Shown here: positions 38,908 to 53,380 of the stretch, in pieces
Numbering within the stretch: position 1 is the first letter of the stretch
Layout of the letters: every line of letters starts with the position of its first letter
Source of the DNA: Octopus sinensis
Taxonomy: Eukaryota
Direction: 5' to 3'
Length of the DNA stretch: 64,000 nucleotides
NCBI RefSeq assembly: GCF_006345805.1
Contig: NC_043012.1
Span: 45,756,001-45,820,000 of the forward strand
Notes under the pieces: model-generated
Seen by the model: only the letters and a program-made list of their open reading frames with translations
Databases searched by the model: none
Told to the model about the DNA's origin: nothing
Position numbers and translations under genes: made by a program

Positions 38908-41032
38908 ACCCAGAAATCGAAAACAGAGAGTTGCTTATTTGCAAAAAAAAAAAAAAAAAAAAAAAGAAATATAAAATGTGACTTCATTGACCGAGGTTAC
39001 CGTGGTCTTTTCCGTAGGCTTTTCTTTCCACGGGTAAACCTCACCTGTCCTCCCCTTTACACTTCATATTGACATTTCTGTGATAACGATCCCTATTGAT
39101 CAATTTTTTTCCTCTCCCCCCCTTTTTTTTTTTTTTTTTTTTTTACCCCCCTTATTTTTGTCCTCTTTCTCTCCTTACGATCCCTTTTGATCGAACCTCC
39201 CCTTCCTTTTTTTTTTTTTTTTTTTTTTTTAATACCTTCAAAAGAAAAGCTCTACCTTGTAATTTGTTCTATCTGTGTGCAGCCCTGTGTGGCTAATAAA
39301 GAAACATATTTATCTACCAGTATGTCAGTAGGAATATACACACTCAAATAGCAGAAACAGGGACACACATATCGATATATACTCATAGATATACTTGTCT
39401 TTGCATTACTATATGCTTATATGAAAAGGTATCAATGGTAATGTTAATTAACGTTACACGATATCATGTCTGGCTCTTCCTTACACGTGAAAATGAACAT
39501 TGTTATTAAACAGGTCATTGACAACTCCTTTTTTTGGTTTTTGGCAGACGATTTTTAGCACCTAGTAAAAACATTTGTCTATAAACGAAGAAATTACATT
39601 AGGTTTGAAGGATCACAGTCTATTCTCATGAGAGTCGAAATATTTTAAATCTACCCGATCTCGTATTTAAGTGAGATCTGATCACGAGTTCAAGTGATTG
39701 ACATCATGCAGCCTTTAATTCTCAATTAAAATTTAAGTCAAGCAAATTCACATAATGAAAAAGTCATCTTAATTCTATTTTATCAATATACTTCTCCGTC
39801 AAAAAAAATGCCAAATTCACTTTAAAATGCTGCTTCGTATCAGATAATTCATTAGAGTCAATGTTAGCGGCTATATCTGAGCCCATTGTGATCAATATAC
39901 ACATGTTTGTATACACATCGATATCTTTGAAATGAGATAACTCTAAAGGAAAATACTATATGGCTAGTACTTGAGATTACTCCAAGTTGGAAACACAACA
40001 GTGATGCTTTACCCCATGCAGGAATTACTTAAAGATACTACAAACACTTCTTTAGATACTGAGTACGGCTGTCAGAAAGCTGCTAAACCTTCGGTATATT
40101 CAATATATATCTCAGCATCACAAATTCTCCGCCCCTTTGCCTGTATGCTGTACCTAAATGAGGCAGCATCAATTCAATTAATCCATCCCCTACATAAGTG
40201 TCACATCCACGGTCCCCTGTCTGAACCAGCTTGAGTTCAGTCCAGCTGACAAGATTACTTCAGTTGTGGCTTTCTAAATATCATGCTGCACGAAATAGCA
40301 TACGAATCCGGCTGAGAAAGTTTGAGGTTGGGTGCTGTCCTTTGACATGAGCGTCATGAATGAAGCTCCTGGTATTTGGTGTTCTTCAGTTTGTTAGATG
40401 TGTCAGGCCTTTCCACCCATGACTCTATGATTGCAAAGACGATAATTGATTTGTTTCCTTGGAGAGTAGACGCCTGTCTATCGAAACGATAGTACTGTCA
40501 CGTCTACTGGAAAAATCACTATACCCTTCAGAATACTCATCAGGTACAAATCCATCTCTCGTCCAAAGAAAGTGGAAAACAGGTCCGCACAGCTATTACC
40601 TTTAGCGGTTTATTACGGTCTCATACGAATCTGATCCTTGTGGGTGATGATATTGTTGTTCGTTGTAAAAAGTGCACATTAAAAAAGAAAATAAATATTT
40701 AGTATCGCTTTGAAGTTTGATGTGTGAATAGATTACATGGTCTTCGGCAATTGGTATCGAGAAAGAGATAGCTGCTTTCGTTTTTTATAAGCTTCATCAG
40801 TATCATCAAAATCTTTGGCCTACACTTTACATTACTCAAAGTTCTACAAATTCGAGGCATGAGAACAAGTAATGTAGATAATTCTAGAATTTCGATTGCT
40901 AGGATAGATAATGAAAGTAAAGAAAATAATGGAATATACAACTTCTTATGTGAGAACATAAAACAAGTTATGCTTCTCTGCGAGACGAAGCAAATATGAA
41001 CATTGCATTTGACGTGTGTGAGCGTATATATA

Positions 41033-41441
41033 CAAGGTTATTCAAAAAGAAAGAGCATATTTCAAATTTATTTTCAAAACAAGCGGCAAGAGACACAAAC
41101 ACATTCTACCTATTTCTTGATAGGTGAAGGTTTAAAGTTTATACCTGAACGTGATCATTTGAATTCAGCCTTAAATAGAATAATATTTTAATTTTGTTTT
41201 AATGTTTCATTTTGTTAATTTTATCTAATGTTGTATAATTTTCATTTGTATAATCCTTTACAAAATGACGACGCCACAAGGGAAGTCTTTTTGTGTGCTG
41301 CAGTTTGAAAAATGCGAATGAATTGTGCAAGTGCACCGCTGCCAATTCAATAAAAAGTTCACCTCGTCAGAAGCAAATTTACGAATGGCATAAAAATTTC
41401 ACAGAAAATATGTTGCATTTGTAAAGGAAAAAGCACCGGTG
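41033..41441 (+). mobile_element. 5' fragment of a Tc1/mariner-superfamily element (N-terminal HTH remnant)
   Basis: Begins TA|CAAGGTTATTCAAAAAG. ATG at 41265 gives MTTPQGKSFCVLQFEKCE*IVQVH...QIYEWHKNF...CICKGKSTG, resembling DUF4817-type transposase N-termini (recalled, not searched). Confidence 0.6.
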
Positions 41442-41617
41442 ATTATGGTGCTCAAATGTTCGTGTTGAGTGCAGACTAGCTTAAAATAAAATTTAAACCT
41501 TCCCCTATCAAGAAATATGTAGAATATATTTGTGTCTCTTACCGTTTGTTTTCAAAATGAATTTAAAATCTGCTCTTTTTGAATAACCTTGTATATGTAT
41601 TTAAATATATATATGCT

Positions 41618-41690
<73 letters not shown>

Positions 41691-42893
41691 TATGTATATA
41701 TTTATGTTATGCGTACGTGCACATATGTATATGTTTGTATATATATATATATACACACAAACATGTGACATGTGCACATACGTATATATAAACATATATG
41801 TGTACATACACACATGTATTTACATATTATATGTATATATATATGTGTGTGTGTGTGTGTAATCTTTATAAGATGGTTAGTTTGATACAACACCGAAGTT
41901 TATGCTATCCCATTTTCTATCGAGAGAACACAGTTGCTGAATTTGCCCAATTTGTCAGAGTCACAAGAATCAACTTTTAGTAAGAAGTTTATTTTCCTGT
42001 AATCTGTCCTATATATATATATATATAAAAAAGACTAAATATCATCAATAACAGATGTGTTTTACATTCTATTGTATAATCGTGTAGTATGTCATAACCT
42101 ATTAACACTACATCGAGAAAAAACATTGAATACAAAATGTCTGCAATTCTCCTTGAGACATTTTTCTGCGTCGCGTTCTTGCAATTAGTGATATTGTAAT
42201 AGTCTACTTTATGTTTACATAATACCAATAGCTAATCAATAAAATTACACATTTTAAAGGGTTATTCAGGAATAATACAATGCTGATCAATGAATAATTG
42301 ACATTTGGCATTAAATTATGGTTCATTTCTACTTTCTCAATACACATAATTCATTATAATAAATATCGTATTGTCAACTCATATATTGCTTGAAATATTG
42401 TTCTCTCTTCTATTTCTTACTAGCATTCTTGCAGTTAAGACAAATATCCAATATATTTCTGAAATATTGAATCTTTCTCAAATTAAAAGCTGCAATATTT
42501 CATTTTCTTCGCTGATTTCTTTTCAACATATATTTCTGAATTATTTCAGTGAAATAATTTAATAGTGCTGAATATAATATATGAATGATTGTTACCGTAT
42601 ATTAGAAATACATAGTATATGTTTTTATAAAATCACACAATGAATACTTTACACTCTCGGGAGTAACCTGTGAAATATTATCTATTGTTTAAAATAGATT
42701 AAAACTTGAATTTCTCAATTGGGCAGAATTTGAAGAGAGAGGTGTAGATTAACGTTTCTTTTAATACTTTGCTATAGATTCAAAATTAACTGAGTATTTA
42801 AAAAAATATTAAAGAGAAATTTAAATTATGATAGCCTGTAACCTTCAATGATTGTACCCTCACATTTCAATTGTCAATATATTTCATAAGCTA

Positions 42894-43075
42894 AAAGCGG
42901 CGAGCTAACAGAATCATTAGCACACCGGGCAAGATGCTTAGCGACATTTCGTTTTGCTTTAAAATTTTACTGAGGTCCACTTTACCGTTCATTCTTTCGG
43001 GGTCGACAGAATAAGTACCAGGTGATTCACCCCCTCATCCGAAATTGTTGGCCTTATGCCAAAATTTGAAACCAA
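42894..43075 (+). mobile_element. tRNA-derived SINE (family 2)
   Basis: Homologous to 27664-27867, with internal deletions. Confidence 0.72.
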
Positions 43076-44408
43076 TCTACCATAGTCTGTATGTCCGTAT
43101 ATAATTAGAACAATGCTTTTAAATTTCAGAAACACCTTTCATTGTTACTGTGAATTGTACCTACACCTACTTGCAAATACAAGCTCACATACGTGTCAAT
43201 ATCTTTTTAAAGCTTACCATACACGTTAACTTTATATGCTCTTCTATTGGTTGTGATATATCGTAGACTATGCATTCACCGAGTGGTAGCCAAATTGGCA
43301 CCATCATCCCTTAACTGTATCATATCTTCAAGGAAACACAACTATATGAGTGGCCCGCGTGATTATTGCGTGCGCCATTCTGTGATCTACTAGAGATACC
43401 TACATAACGATTTTGCGCGTCTCTTATACAATTATTATTCTCCTCTCACAGAGTTAAGACGTAGCAATCCACTCACTCTTATTTCTACACAGTAGCATCA
43501 TTTATCGTACCTCACAATTCACATGTTCTCCTCTCAAGTATCGAAGCAGAATTTCAAGTTGAAGATCAATATTTCGATAGAAATACTATACAAATTTACA
43601 AATGTAAAGCTGTACTTGTGTGTGAAATATCAGCCGAATATTTTGGGGTTTATCGGGTAGTATGATATTCGTTTTTTATATTGCCCCAATTGATTTCAAA
43701 CGATGGAAAACTTTACCGACGAACAGCGGTTTTCTTTCTAATTTTTCTGTACATCAAGTGGTTGGTTATTTTTTGTAGGCTTATTTGCTTTGTCCTACTC
43801 ATAATTTTGTCCTATATGATCTCATCTCAGAAAAGTTATCAATACATTGCCAAAATAAATATATCTCATTTGCTGCTCTATCAAATGTCAATGTCACTCC
43901 TCATTATTTCTACGGCAATGTGTCATATTATGTGGAACGAATCTGTATTTTCTTCAAAACATAAATGAAATACCGAACATTTCCACATTCGACATTGTCA
44001 TTTTCAAAATTCTTAGAAACTTAATTCGATATAGTATTAAAAATATTTGCCATTGTCTCTCTTAAATGATCAGTGCAGATGGCATTTTATCCGAACTCAA
44101 CTGGCTTTGTGTAAAGATAAATGAGACTGAGCGACAGAGGTTCAGGATCTATGATGAAAGCATAACACGTTTCTGTTAGGCATTAATTGTGCATATACAT
44201 GCTCCAGATTGCAACCAGTAACACCGACACGTAAACGGTAGGTTAATGTCTTTAGCTGCGATGCCAAATCGGATGATGCACTTATTTCAGTAAAAACATA
44301 TCTCTACTAATATTAAATCGTCCGAATAACTTTTCAGACGAATTTTACTATATGACACAACGTATCTTACAGGTCAAGCTTTAGTAAAGCATTACCGAAC
44401 AAGAATTA

Positions 44409-44490
44409 CTGATGAAGGCTGGAGGGTATATCAGCCGAAACGTTCGGTTAACAACAAACAAGATGAGGACAAATATCCGTCAATTGTAAA
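44409..44490 (+). mobile_element. Penelope-type pLTR fragment with hammerhead core (stem I lost)
   Basis: CUGAUGA a GGCUG..CAGCC GAAA CG UU; perfect 5-bp stem II; flanks do not form stem I. Confidence 0.55.
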
Positions 44491-47391
44491 TAATGTAAGG
44501 ATTACTGAAGACAATATTTATTTATTATATAATACAATGAACAACATTGAATATTAAATCCCTGGTGTAACATTATTTGGTCAATGCAAAGAGTATAACG
44601 TTTTGAAACAGACCACATACAAAAAAAAAAATAGAAATAAATAAAATTTTAAATGCATGTTTTTTTTTAAAATTTCTACTTACATTCCTCTAATTTATTG
44701 ATTTATTTCTGCACCAATTTTTTTAAAAAACGTGTCTGTCCACTCTGTGACTCTTACTTATCACAGACTTAAATTAAAAATTATTTTAAAGCAACTGGAA
44801 ATACTCCTTGTTGATTCTTACATATGTTGGTTCATAAATAATGAAAGTGCTGTAAGCTTTCATATAACAATCAATAACATTCACAAATCATATTAAGGAA
44901 GTAAAATTACCGCGACTGATTTCCACTATAAAGAGAAGAATACATACCAGTACATACAATGGAGACTTTCCAGTCTTATAATAAAAAGGAATAAACCATT
45001 GCATATTGTAAAGCAAGTGTTACAGATTATATCTAAAAAGAAAGATACCTACAAGAATTAAATATATTCTTATCCACACAATATTATCTGCAAAATTTAA
45101 AAATACTGCCGTAAGCATGGTGATGTAGTTCCATATCTCTGATTTTTTAAAGAAACTTTAACAATAAGAAAGTACAAGCAGAAATATAGCGATTGTAGTC
45201 TCAAATGCTACATCTTACATTACGTAAAACAGCGCAAGCTATATCTGCACCTCTCGTGAAATGTAAGTAAAACTATTAGTGAGACAAATTTTTAACAGTT
45301 GCGGACAACCACCAGATATTAAATAATCTCAGCAAAGGCGCAATTTACATTAGGAAAATAAATTTTGTGAGTACAAAACGTAGAGACCTTTACTGTTGAA
45401 AGTGTGAGTTAAATGAATATATTAAAATTTGAAATTTCAAGAGGAGAGTGTTCACGCGAATACGACTCGGAAGACAATAACTCCAGTTTGATGCTTTATA
45501 TCTCTGCAACTCAACGAGAAAACCATTAGTCTTAGAGGAAAGTTAAAGGATCAGTCTATTATGAATGTTTCAAGTGGCAAAGAAATCGAAATGTGCACGG
45601 GGGGGGGGCAATCAAATTGCCCTCGTTTTTCAAAATCTATATAATAATATGCTTGCTCGTTCGTCCGTTATACATTAGTTAGAGAGATGGAGGTGGATTG
45701 AGTGAGAGGTGGAGTAAGAGTGAGTGAGAGAGAGAGCAGGGGGAGAGTGAAGAGAGAAGAGAGGTAGAAGTAGAGAAAGGGGATTAATATTAAAACACTT
45801 AGGTCACATGGTCACGTGGTCATTTGAATGTAGATTCGAAGAAAAAGACGACGAGAGAAAAAGAGGGACAGAGAAGTGCTAGCGAAGTGCAGTGTGTTGG
45901 GAAGGAATATTTATTACGTGGTTCAGAAGTTAGCTGAAGGGAAGGATAGATAGAGAGAGATGGACAGGGGAGGGAGTTATATATTGTGTGTGAGAGAGAG
46001 AGATAGTGTGAGAAAGAGGGAGAAAGAGAGAAAAGGAGAGAAATAGACAGATGCAGATAGCGATGGTGTTGGTGTGTTGATAGTGAAAAGCATTTTTTTT
46101 TCCTGAACTATTTTTTATAGCGACCATCGCATACGCATAAGTCTAATTATTTATCGCCTGATCACTTAAATAATTGGTATTTACTTATAAGGGTTAATTT
46201 AGCCTAAACTTTGGACCCACAAGAAACACAGTTGCAAGCTGTCTGAGAAAGGATGCGCATATATAGAGCACAAGTCAGAGAGGAACTACGAGAAAATATA
46301 GAAACATGAAGAAGAAACACCGACGGAGACGCGAGGAAATGAATTTAGACGAACGTCAAGAATACTTGAAGTTAAGCTATGAATGCTACAAAAATGCAAA
46401 TCACCCTTATATAGCTCCTCTTAACATTTTCCATTCTATGGATTGTCTGCGTGTTCTATTATTAAAGAGATAAACAATTACGAAAGGCAAAAGAATAAAA
46501 GTTCATATTTTCAATAAGAAACTAAACCCGAATTAGAGCGGACTAATGCTGAACATAACTATGAATATAAGGATAACAACATAGAAAAAGTAAGCCTGCA
46601 TTTAAAGCTGACATTAACGTGAAGGGATCATAAACAAAGATTATCTTCTGGTTTCCACCATGTCTGTGCTACTGTTTCTAAAAATCAATTACGATATTTT
46701 GAATTTATAAAGATGTTTATGGGTGAGAAAAGTTTCCTTTCCTCTTCCAGAATTAATCTGTAACCAGTATTTTACGTGCTAATTGTCATGGCTTCGTATA
46801 CTTCAACTTCCTCGTGCACAAGGATTTATTTAATTCCACCGACTTTTCTTAATTTTATTACTTAAAACCATAACGTTGTTGGGGATAAAAACAAAACATC
46901 TAAAATGAATGGGGAATATACGAAAAGTTGCTTTGGTATAATGGTAGAAAATCAGACATTTTTACTGAAAATCTGGTTCATATCCCATTGGTAGCCTCCG
47001 ATATTTTCCATTAACAGTTATTATAAACAACTGTTTTACATATCATTTATACACAAAACTAGTTCTAGTGTCACTGTTATAAAGGATGTATCACAAACCT
47101 TCATGTTTTCGAAATTCTTACAACGCACACAGTATACATATCTCTCCATTGAGCCGTCCATTCATCTACCTATATTTCACTCTCCGTCACTCCCTCCCTC
47201 CATCCATCCATTCCCCCTCTTTCTACCTCTCTCTCGCTACTTCTCCCTCAACCTCAGCACATACAAACATAGACACATACATACACACACATACACAAAC
47301 ATAGATGTATGTGTGTATGTACATATACACATACATTGCATAAACACTGACGCACATATATATGTATTATATATATATATATGTATATATA

Positions 47392-47422
<31 letters not shown>

Positions 47423-47453
47423 ATATATATATATATGTATGCATAATATATAT

Positions 47454-47520
<67 letters not shown>

Positions 47521-48269
47521 TATATATATAACATATATATACATACATACATATATACACTGCATTCAACATATTTCATTTTCAATCACCATAATGGTAT
47601 TCACAACGTACAAAATAACAGAACTATTAGTCTGAAGGATCTGCATTTCATCGTACAGATCTCTACTGAAAAAGACTTTCAAGTTTCAGAATTCATTGAA
47701 TCACAATTACTATATCATATCGTTATAGGCATTGAGGAGTTGTGATGATAGAAGGCAGTTTAATGTTGTGAATCTTGTCCCATGCGTTGTTATATGTACA
47801 TGTTTCAGCAAAAAAGATATACACGCAAGATTACCTGCGAAAAATAGATACATTAGTACACAAGTACATGCATGTGTGTAAGAGGTAGTGTGTGTGTGTG
47901 TGCCATTGTGGGTGTACATGTGTGCTACGTGTGCACGTGTGTGTGTATCTGTGTGTATATGTGTGTGCATTCAAAGCTGAGACTGTAGGAATGGCTAGGC
48001 GTTAGTTCAACTTCGACTCATATTAAATAAATACTACTGCAACCTAGATAACAGTATTGAGTCCTGTTGATTGAATTAGTAACTGCATTGGACACAAATA
48101 CCATACTAATGTAATGAAATCTACATATACATACACACACATATATATATGTATAAACACACACATGGATGCATATATCTATGTATGTGTATGAGGTTGA
48201 GCTTGTAGGTTTGAGAGAGTTTGATTGCACATATTCATGTGGCAGATATGGGCATATATATGAGATTCA

Positions 48270-48304
<35 letters not shown>

Positions 48305-48325
48305 CATACATACATACAGTCATAT

Positions 48326-48403
<78 letters not shown>

Positions 48404-48574
48404 GAAATATCTACTCGAATACCGGCATACTATACATGATCAAACTTGCACCCTCACGTCTGCTATTTTAAAAACCTTTCATTTATATTCTATGTCTATA
48501 TATTTCATGTTCATTCGTATATAATTTAATGCATTCCTAGACATACACGTTTGGTCGAATTACAAGTAAAAGTG

Positions 48575-48626
<52 letters not shown>

Positions 48627-48692
48627 AATATATATTATATATATATATATATATAATATATATTATATATATATATATTATATATATATATG

Positions 48693-48730
<38 letters not shown>

Positions 48731-48829
48731 TTATATATATGTACATATACATATATGTATATGTAAATGTATATGTATATGTATACATATACATGTATAT
48801 ATATGTATATATATATGTATGTATATATT

Positions 48830-48865
<36 letters not shown>

Positions 48866-49647
48866 TGTGTGTATGTATATATTTATATATATATATATGT
48901 ATATATATATATAAAACATGTATAGCTATATATGTGTATATATTTGTGTGTGTGTGTATGTATACGTCAATATATGTATATATGTTATTGTACATATACA
49001 GCATAATGACAACAGAAAGAGAAACGATAATGCTTCTTTGTGTTCATAGTGAAGCATAACTTCAAACGATGTTATTAAAATCTAGTTTTATGTGTATTTT
49101 TATCGAAATTTTTCATAACACGTGCTTTGTATCAAATAACATTGCAATACACATCTATATGATTTATTGTGTATTACCAGCTTCAATCCATTCATCTTTC
49201 TCTGATAATTGCTGACTTATATTTTTATATATTTATGTATCATACATTGCTTTTTCTTATTTTTACATTTCGAAATTAATTTCCATTTGATATTTATAAA
49301 TGACAATGAAACCGAAACCTTGATAAAGTTATATTCATATATATTCGTATAAACAGCAGAGGATAGAATTCTACGCATATCGACACAAGCAAAATACATA
49401 CATACATACATACATACATACATACATACACACACACATACATACACACATACATATATGCATACATGCATACATATATACATGCATACATATATACATG
49501 CATACATATATACATACATGTATGAGTTTCTGTGCGTTTGCATGTGTGTGTATACATATGTATATACATGTATATATGTATATATTAGCTATATACATAT
49601 CTATCTATAAGAAATATCATGCAACCTCAACCACCGTTTAACATATA

Positions 49648-49705
<58 letters not shown>

Positions 49706-51610
49706 ATGATGTATAGATGAGTATATTTATGCCCATGCGTGTGTATATATACACACTCGTACATGTATACACGAATAAGCGCAGGCTATTGCAAATATGT
49801 ATATGTAAGAAAGCTGAATTTCTTGCTATAATATTTGTTAATATTATTTCTTTATATCACATTGATTTATCTAATTTTTGATTTGTAATCCCTTTTCGAA
49901 TATTACTTTCTTTCGAAAGATTTTTTTCCTCACAACTTATTCGTTTTCAGACTTGAACTTTTAATGTGACATTATGCTCCAATGCTCAGTTTTATAATTT
50001 TCTGAGCAGTGAATCATATTTAATAAGATATATATATTTTTTTATAATGCACAAATACAAAAGATTTTGCGTTTTAAAATGCATTGCTTAAATGTTATTC
50101 GGTCAATGGTAGTGACGATTCAGATACCTCCTATTGAAAAGGCAATTACAAAATTAAGAAAATGATTTCGCAATTTCTATTTATTGCTTCAGTTCAGTTT
50201 AGAAATATTTCTTTTCTAAATTCGGCTGCTTTTCGATTCACGAATGTAAAAAATTGCTTAATGCTTTAAAATTTTTATATTTCTATTTTTCTTGAGATGA
50301 CATTTTTTATTGGGATGTGCTTAATCCTAACAACTTGGATGAATGCATCTCAGAATTGGAGTTGAACACTGTCGAAGCGTATCTTTTCGAAAATACATAT
50401 TTTATCGCCTGTGTTTTCTTCCTTTCTTTTTATTTAATAATTTTGATACTTATGAGCCATGAGAAATTGTATCGTTCACTACGTATTAAAGTCTTAGCTT
50501 CTCACCCATGGCAACTTCATAATGTTCAATGTGTGGAATGCGCTGACAATCTTTTAAAGAACATCTTACATTCCACAGAAAATACATTGTAAATGATCCA
50601 CTACCAAAGTCGATATATATTAATATACATATAAACATAAATGATTTTTGCTGTAAATGAGTCAATCGAAATTTGACGCAGAGGAAAAGCATAAAAACAT
50701 TACTACATTTAGGCAAGTGCCTGAAGTGAGATATAAAGAATGACATTTCAAAATCAAATTTAGAATAACGAATAGGTGTTTATTTTACAGTAAAATATTC
50801 ATGAAATTATTCTGAAACATATGGACATATTACATAAAAATGAATCACATTTCTACAAGTATACTTCATCACCTGTGCGAGACAGTGAAAAGGATAGAGC
50901 TGGTTAGTCATGGTCTGACCTTCTAGAAAAAGCAGCTAAATCACAATTCCTGTTATATTACCTTAACGAAGAAGCCAGCATTAGTATACCTACATCTTGT
51001 AAAAGAAACTGAATATAATGGATAGAATGTCACTGAGCAAAAGGACACTCAATCAGCACTAGCCTGTTAGACACGAGAGCAGAAATGGACAAAATATATC
51101 ATGGAGGATTCTATCTGAATCGCCAATGTTTAAATCAGGTTGCAATCGACGCCAAAATTGTCTTTCATCGTTCTATTAGTGTCGTATTACTCATTATCTC
51201 CCTCTCCCTCTCGCTGTCTCTGTCTCACTTTATCTCCCTCTCTCATTCATTGGTTACTACCTATGTCCCAAATGTCCATCTTTCTCATAGTGTATCACTC
51301 TGATTGTGAAGGGGAATTTGTGTTAATCATGTGTATACTTCTGGAACGGTAATTGATTACATAATCATTTAACAGTAGGAATTTGGTTACTCAATCGACA
51401 CTACTTCACGATATATGTTATTGCATCATAATATCTAAAGTACGAGTTTAAGCTAACAGATTATGAGAACATACAAATGTCAAGTAAGATTTAATTCTGA
51501 AAATTCTTTACACATATCCATAACATTCATTCGCTCATATCTGAAGAAAAATGGCAGTATACTGCACAGGGAATTAAGGCATTTTACTTTAATGTTACTG
51601 CTAATTCTTC

Positions 51611-51668
<58 letters not shown>

Positions 51669-52313
51669 CTATCAATCTATCTGCCTGTTTATCTGTCTAT
51701 CTGTATATATATATATATATAATATATATATAATTCCAAGAGAGAGGTTCTGAATCCAACCAACTAAGGGATAATATCTATCCAATATACTGGTAGTAGA
51801 ATGCCCAATTATTAGTGCACAAGTGTTATTTTTCATTGCATGGCAATTACACAACTGAATGTAATAAATGGGTGAGGGTAAAAATTTGTTTTACCCTTAA
51901 TTTATACGGCAATAAAAAAATGAAGGGAATCAGGAGGTGGTATTCATCAAATTTTAAACATTACATTATGTCTATGTATTTTTTAAAAACCAATTATAAC
52001 AATATACATACATGTATAGCATATTATGCTTTACGTATATAATATATAAAATACCAGTAATTATTAAAATATATAACATATATGTTCTACGTCATATATT
52101 CTAATAATTTCTGTTTTTTTTATATATTATATATGTAAAGCACAATATGTTATACATGTATGATAATTGTTATAATTGTTGTAAAAAAATAAATAGATAG
52201 ACATAATATAATGTCTAAAATTTGATGAATACTACCTCTTGATCCCCTCCATTTTCTTATTGCCGTATATATATATATGTATATATACATGTATATATAC
52301 ATATTTATACACG

Positions 52314-52364
<51 letters not shown>

Positions 52365-52411
52365 GGGAATAATCAGTATTATGTTATATAATATAATATA
52401 ATATATTTTAG

Positions 52412-52458
<47 letters not shown>

Positions 52459-52736
52459 AAGTGGCTGTGTTACTATATCATGATTATTCACACCTACTTT
52501 CAAAATGCCAACTTGATGTTTGCTGCTCAGTCCACTGTCATCCCTGTGAAGCTACACGACATGACATAAACTGATGCAATGGAGATTATGAAGCTGTTTC
52601 TTTCAGGAAAGGATACAGTAGGCACTCTGACTGCGTTTGCATGACAGAATTCCCCTCAATATTTCTAATTAGGGCATTAGCGTGAACAGATGAAGTTATA
52701 TGAGGGCGCTGGTGACAGGATTCTGTACGTATATAT

Positions 52737-52798
<62 letters not shown>

Positions 52799-52809
52799 TT
52801 ATGTGTGTC

Positions 52810-52990
52810 CACTACACACATTTTTTCTCTCCCTTTTTCTCTCCTTGTTTCTCTCCTTGTTTTTTATGTGTCCCTTTCTGTAGAAGAGCGTACGCTCGAA
52901 ACGTAAAAGACATTTTCTATTCCTGACCGTATAACTCATAGATCTGTTTATTTTGTACACCACCTGTCTTCCTACTTTGTTTTTTTTCGT
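52810..52990 (+). mobile_element. Solo Penelope-like pLTR/3' terminus
   Basis: Homologous to the reverse complement of 61985-62160 (CTTTCTGT.GAAGAGCGTA.GCTCGAAACGT.AAAGAC...). Confidence 0.8.
52874..52909 (+). ncRNA. Minimal hammerhead-like motif with non-canonical core (CUGUAGA)
   Basis: CUUU CUGUAGA a GAGC-guac-GCUC GAAA CG U A AAAG. Confidence 0.6.
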
Positions 52991-52996
52991 AAACAT

Positions 52997-53091
<95 letters not shown>

Positions 53092-53328
53092 ATATATATA
53101 TATATAATATATATATATATATATACATATATATGTATACATATATATATATATATATATGCATACGAGAGAATCAAATGGAAAACAGGACAAGTAACAT
53201 AACGAACGACTCTACAAATGTTGTCGGCTCTCCATCTACGCCTCATTTCGAGCATTGATCGACAATGTGTCTTCGAACGTAGTTGCTCCCACAAAAACAG
53301 CACAGTGGAGACATACAAGATTTGTCTT

Positions 53329-53380
53329 AATAACTGATGAGTAGACTTCAGCCCCGGTATCCGAAACTCTGAGTTTTATT
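53329..53380 (+). ncRNA. Degenerate type-I hammerhead motif
   Basis: AAUAA CUGAUGA [stem II disrupted] GAAA CUC-u-GAG U U UUAUU; stems I and III pair. Confidence 0.55.

Larger units (their letters stand above)
33236..39305 (+). mobile_element. Apparently full-length Tx1-group (L1 clade) non-LTR retrotransposon, inserted in (TATC)n
   Basis: ~200 bp 5'UTR, ORF1 with CCHC knuckle, ORF2 with APE + RT + C-terminal Cys/His motif, ~400 bp 3'UTR ending AATAAAGAAAC (39295-39305). 5' flank is (TATC)n 33061-33235; 3' flank is ATATTTATCTACC. The 3' end matches copies at 29586-29790 and 29900-30414. Confidence 0.93.

Noticed and set aside
39960-40700. Higher-GC block possibly from an old RLE-type retroelement (minus-strand IIESWVERPDTSNKLKNTKYQEL)
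   Set aside because: A single weak motif; insufficient to call.
40765-40804. Minus-strand GATA CTGATGA...GAAA GC-A-GCT ATC hammerhead-like string
   Set aside because: Stem II barely pairs and stem I overlaps the cleavage triplet; at best a decayed copy.
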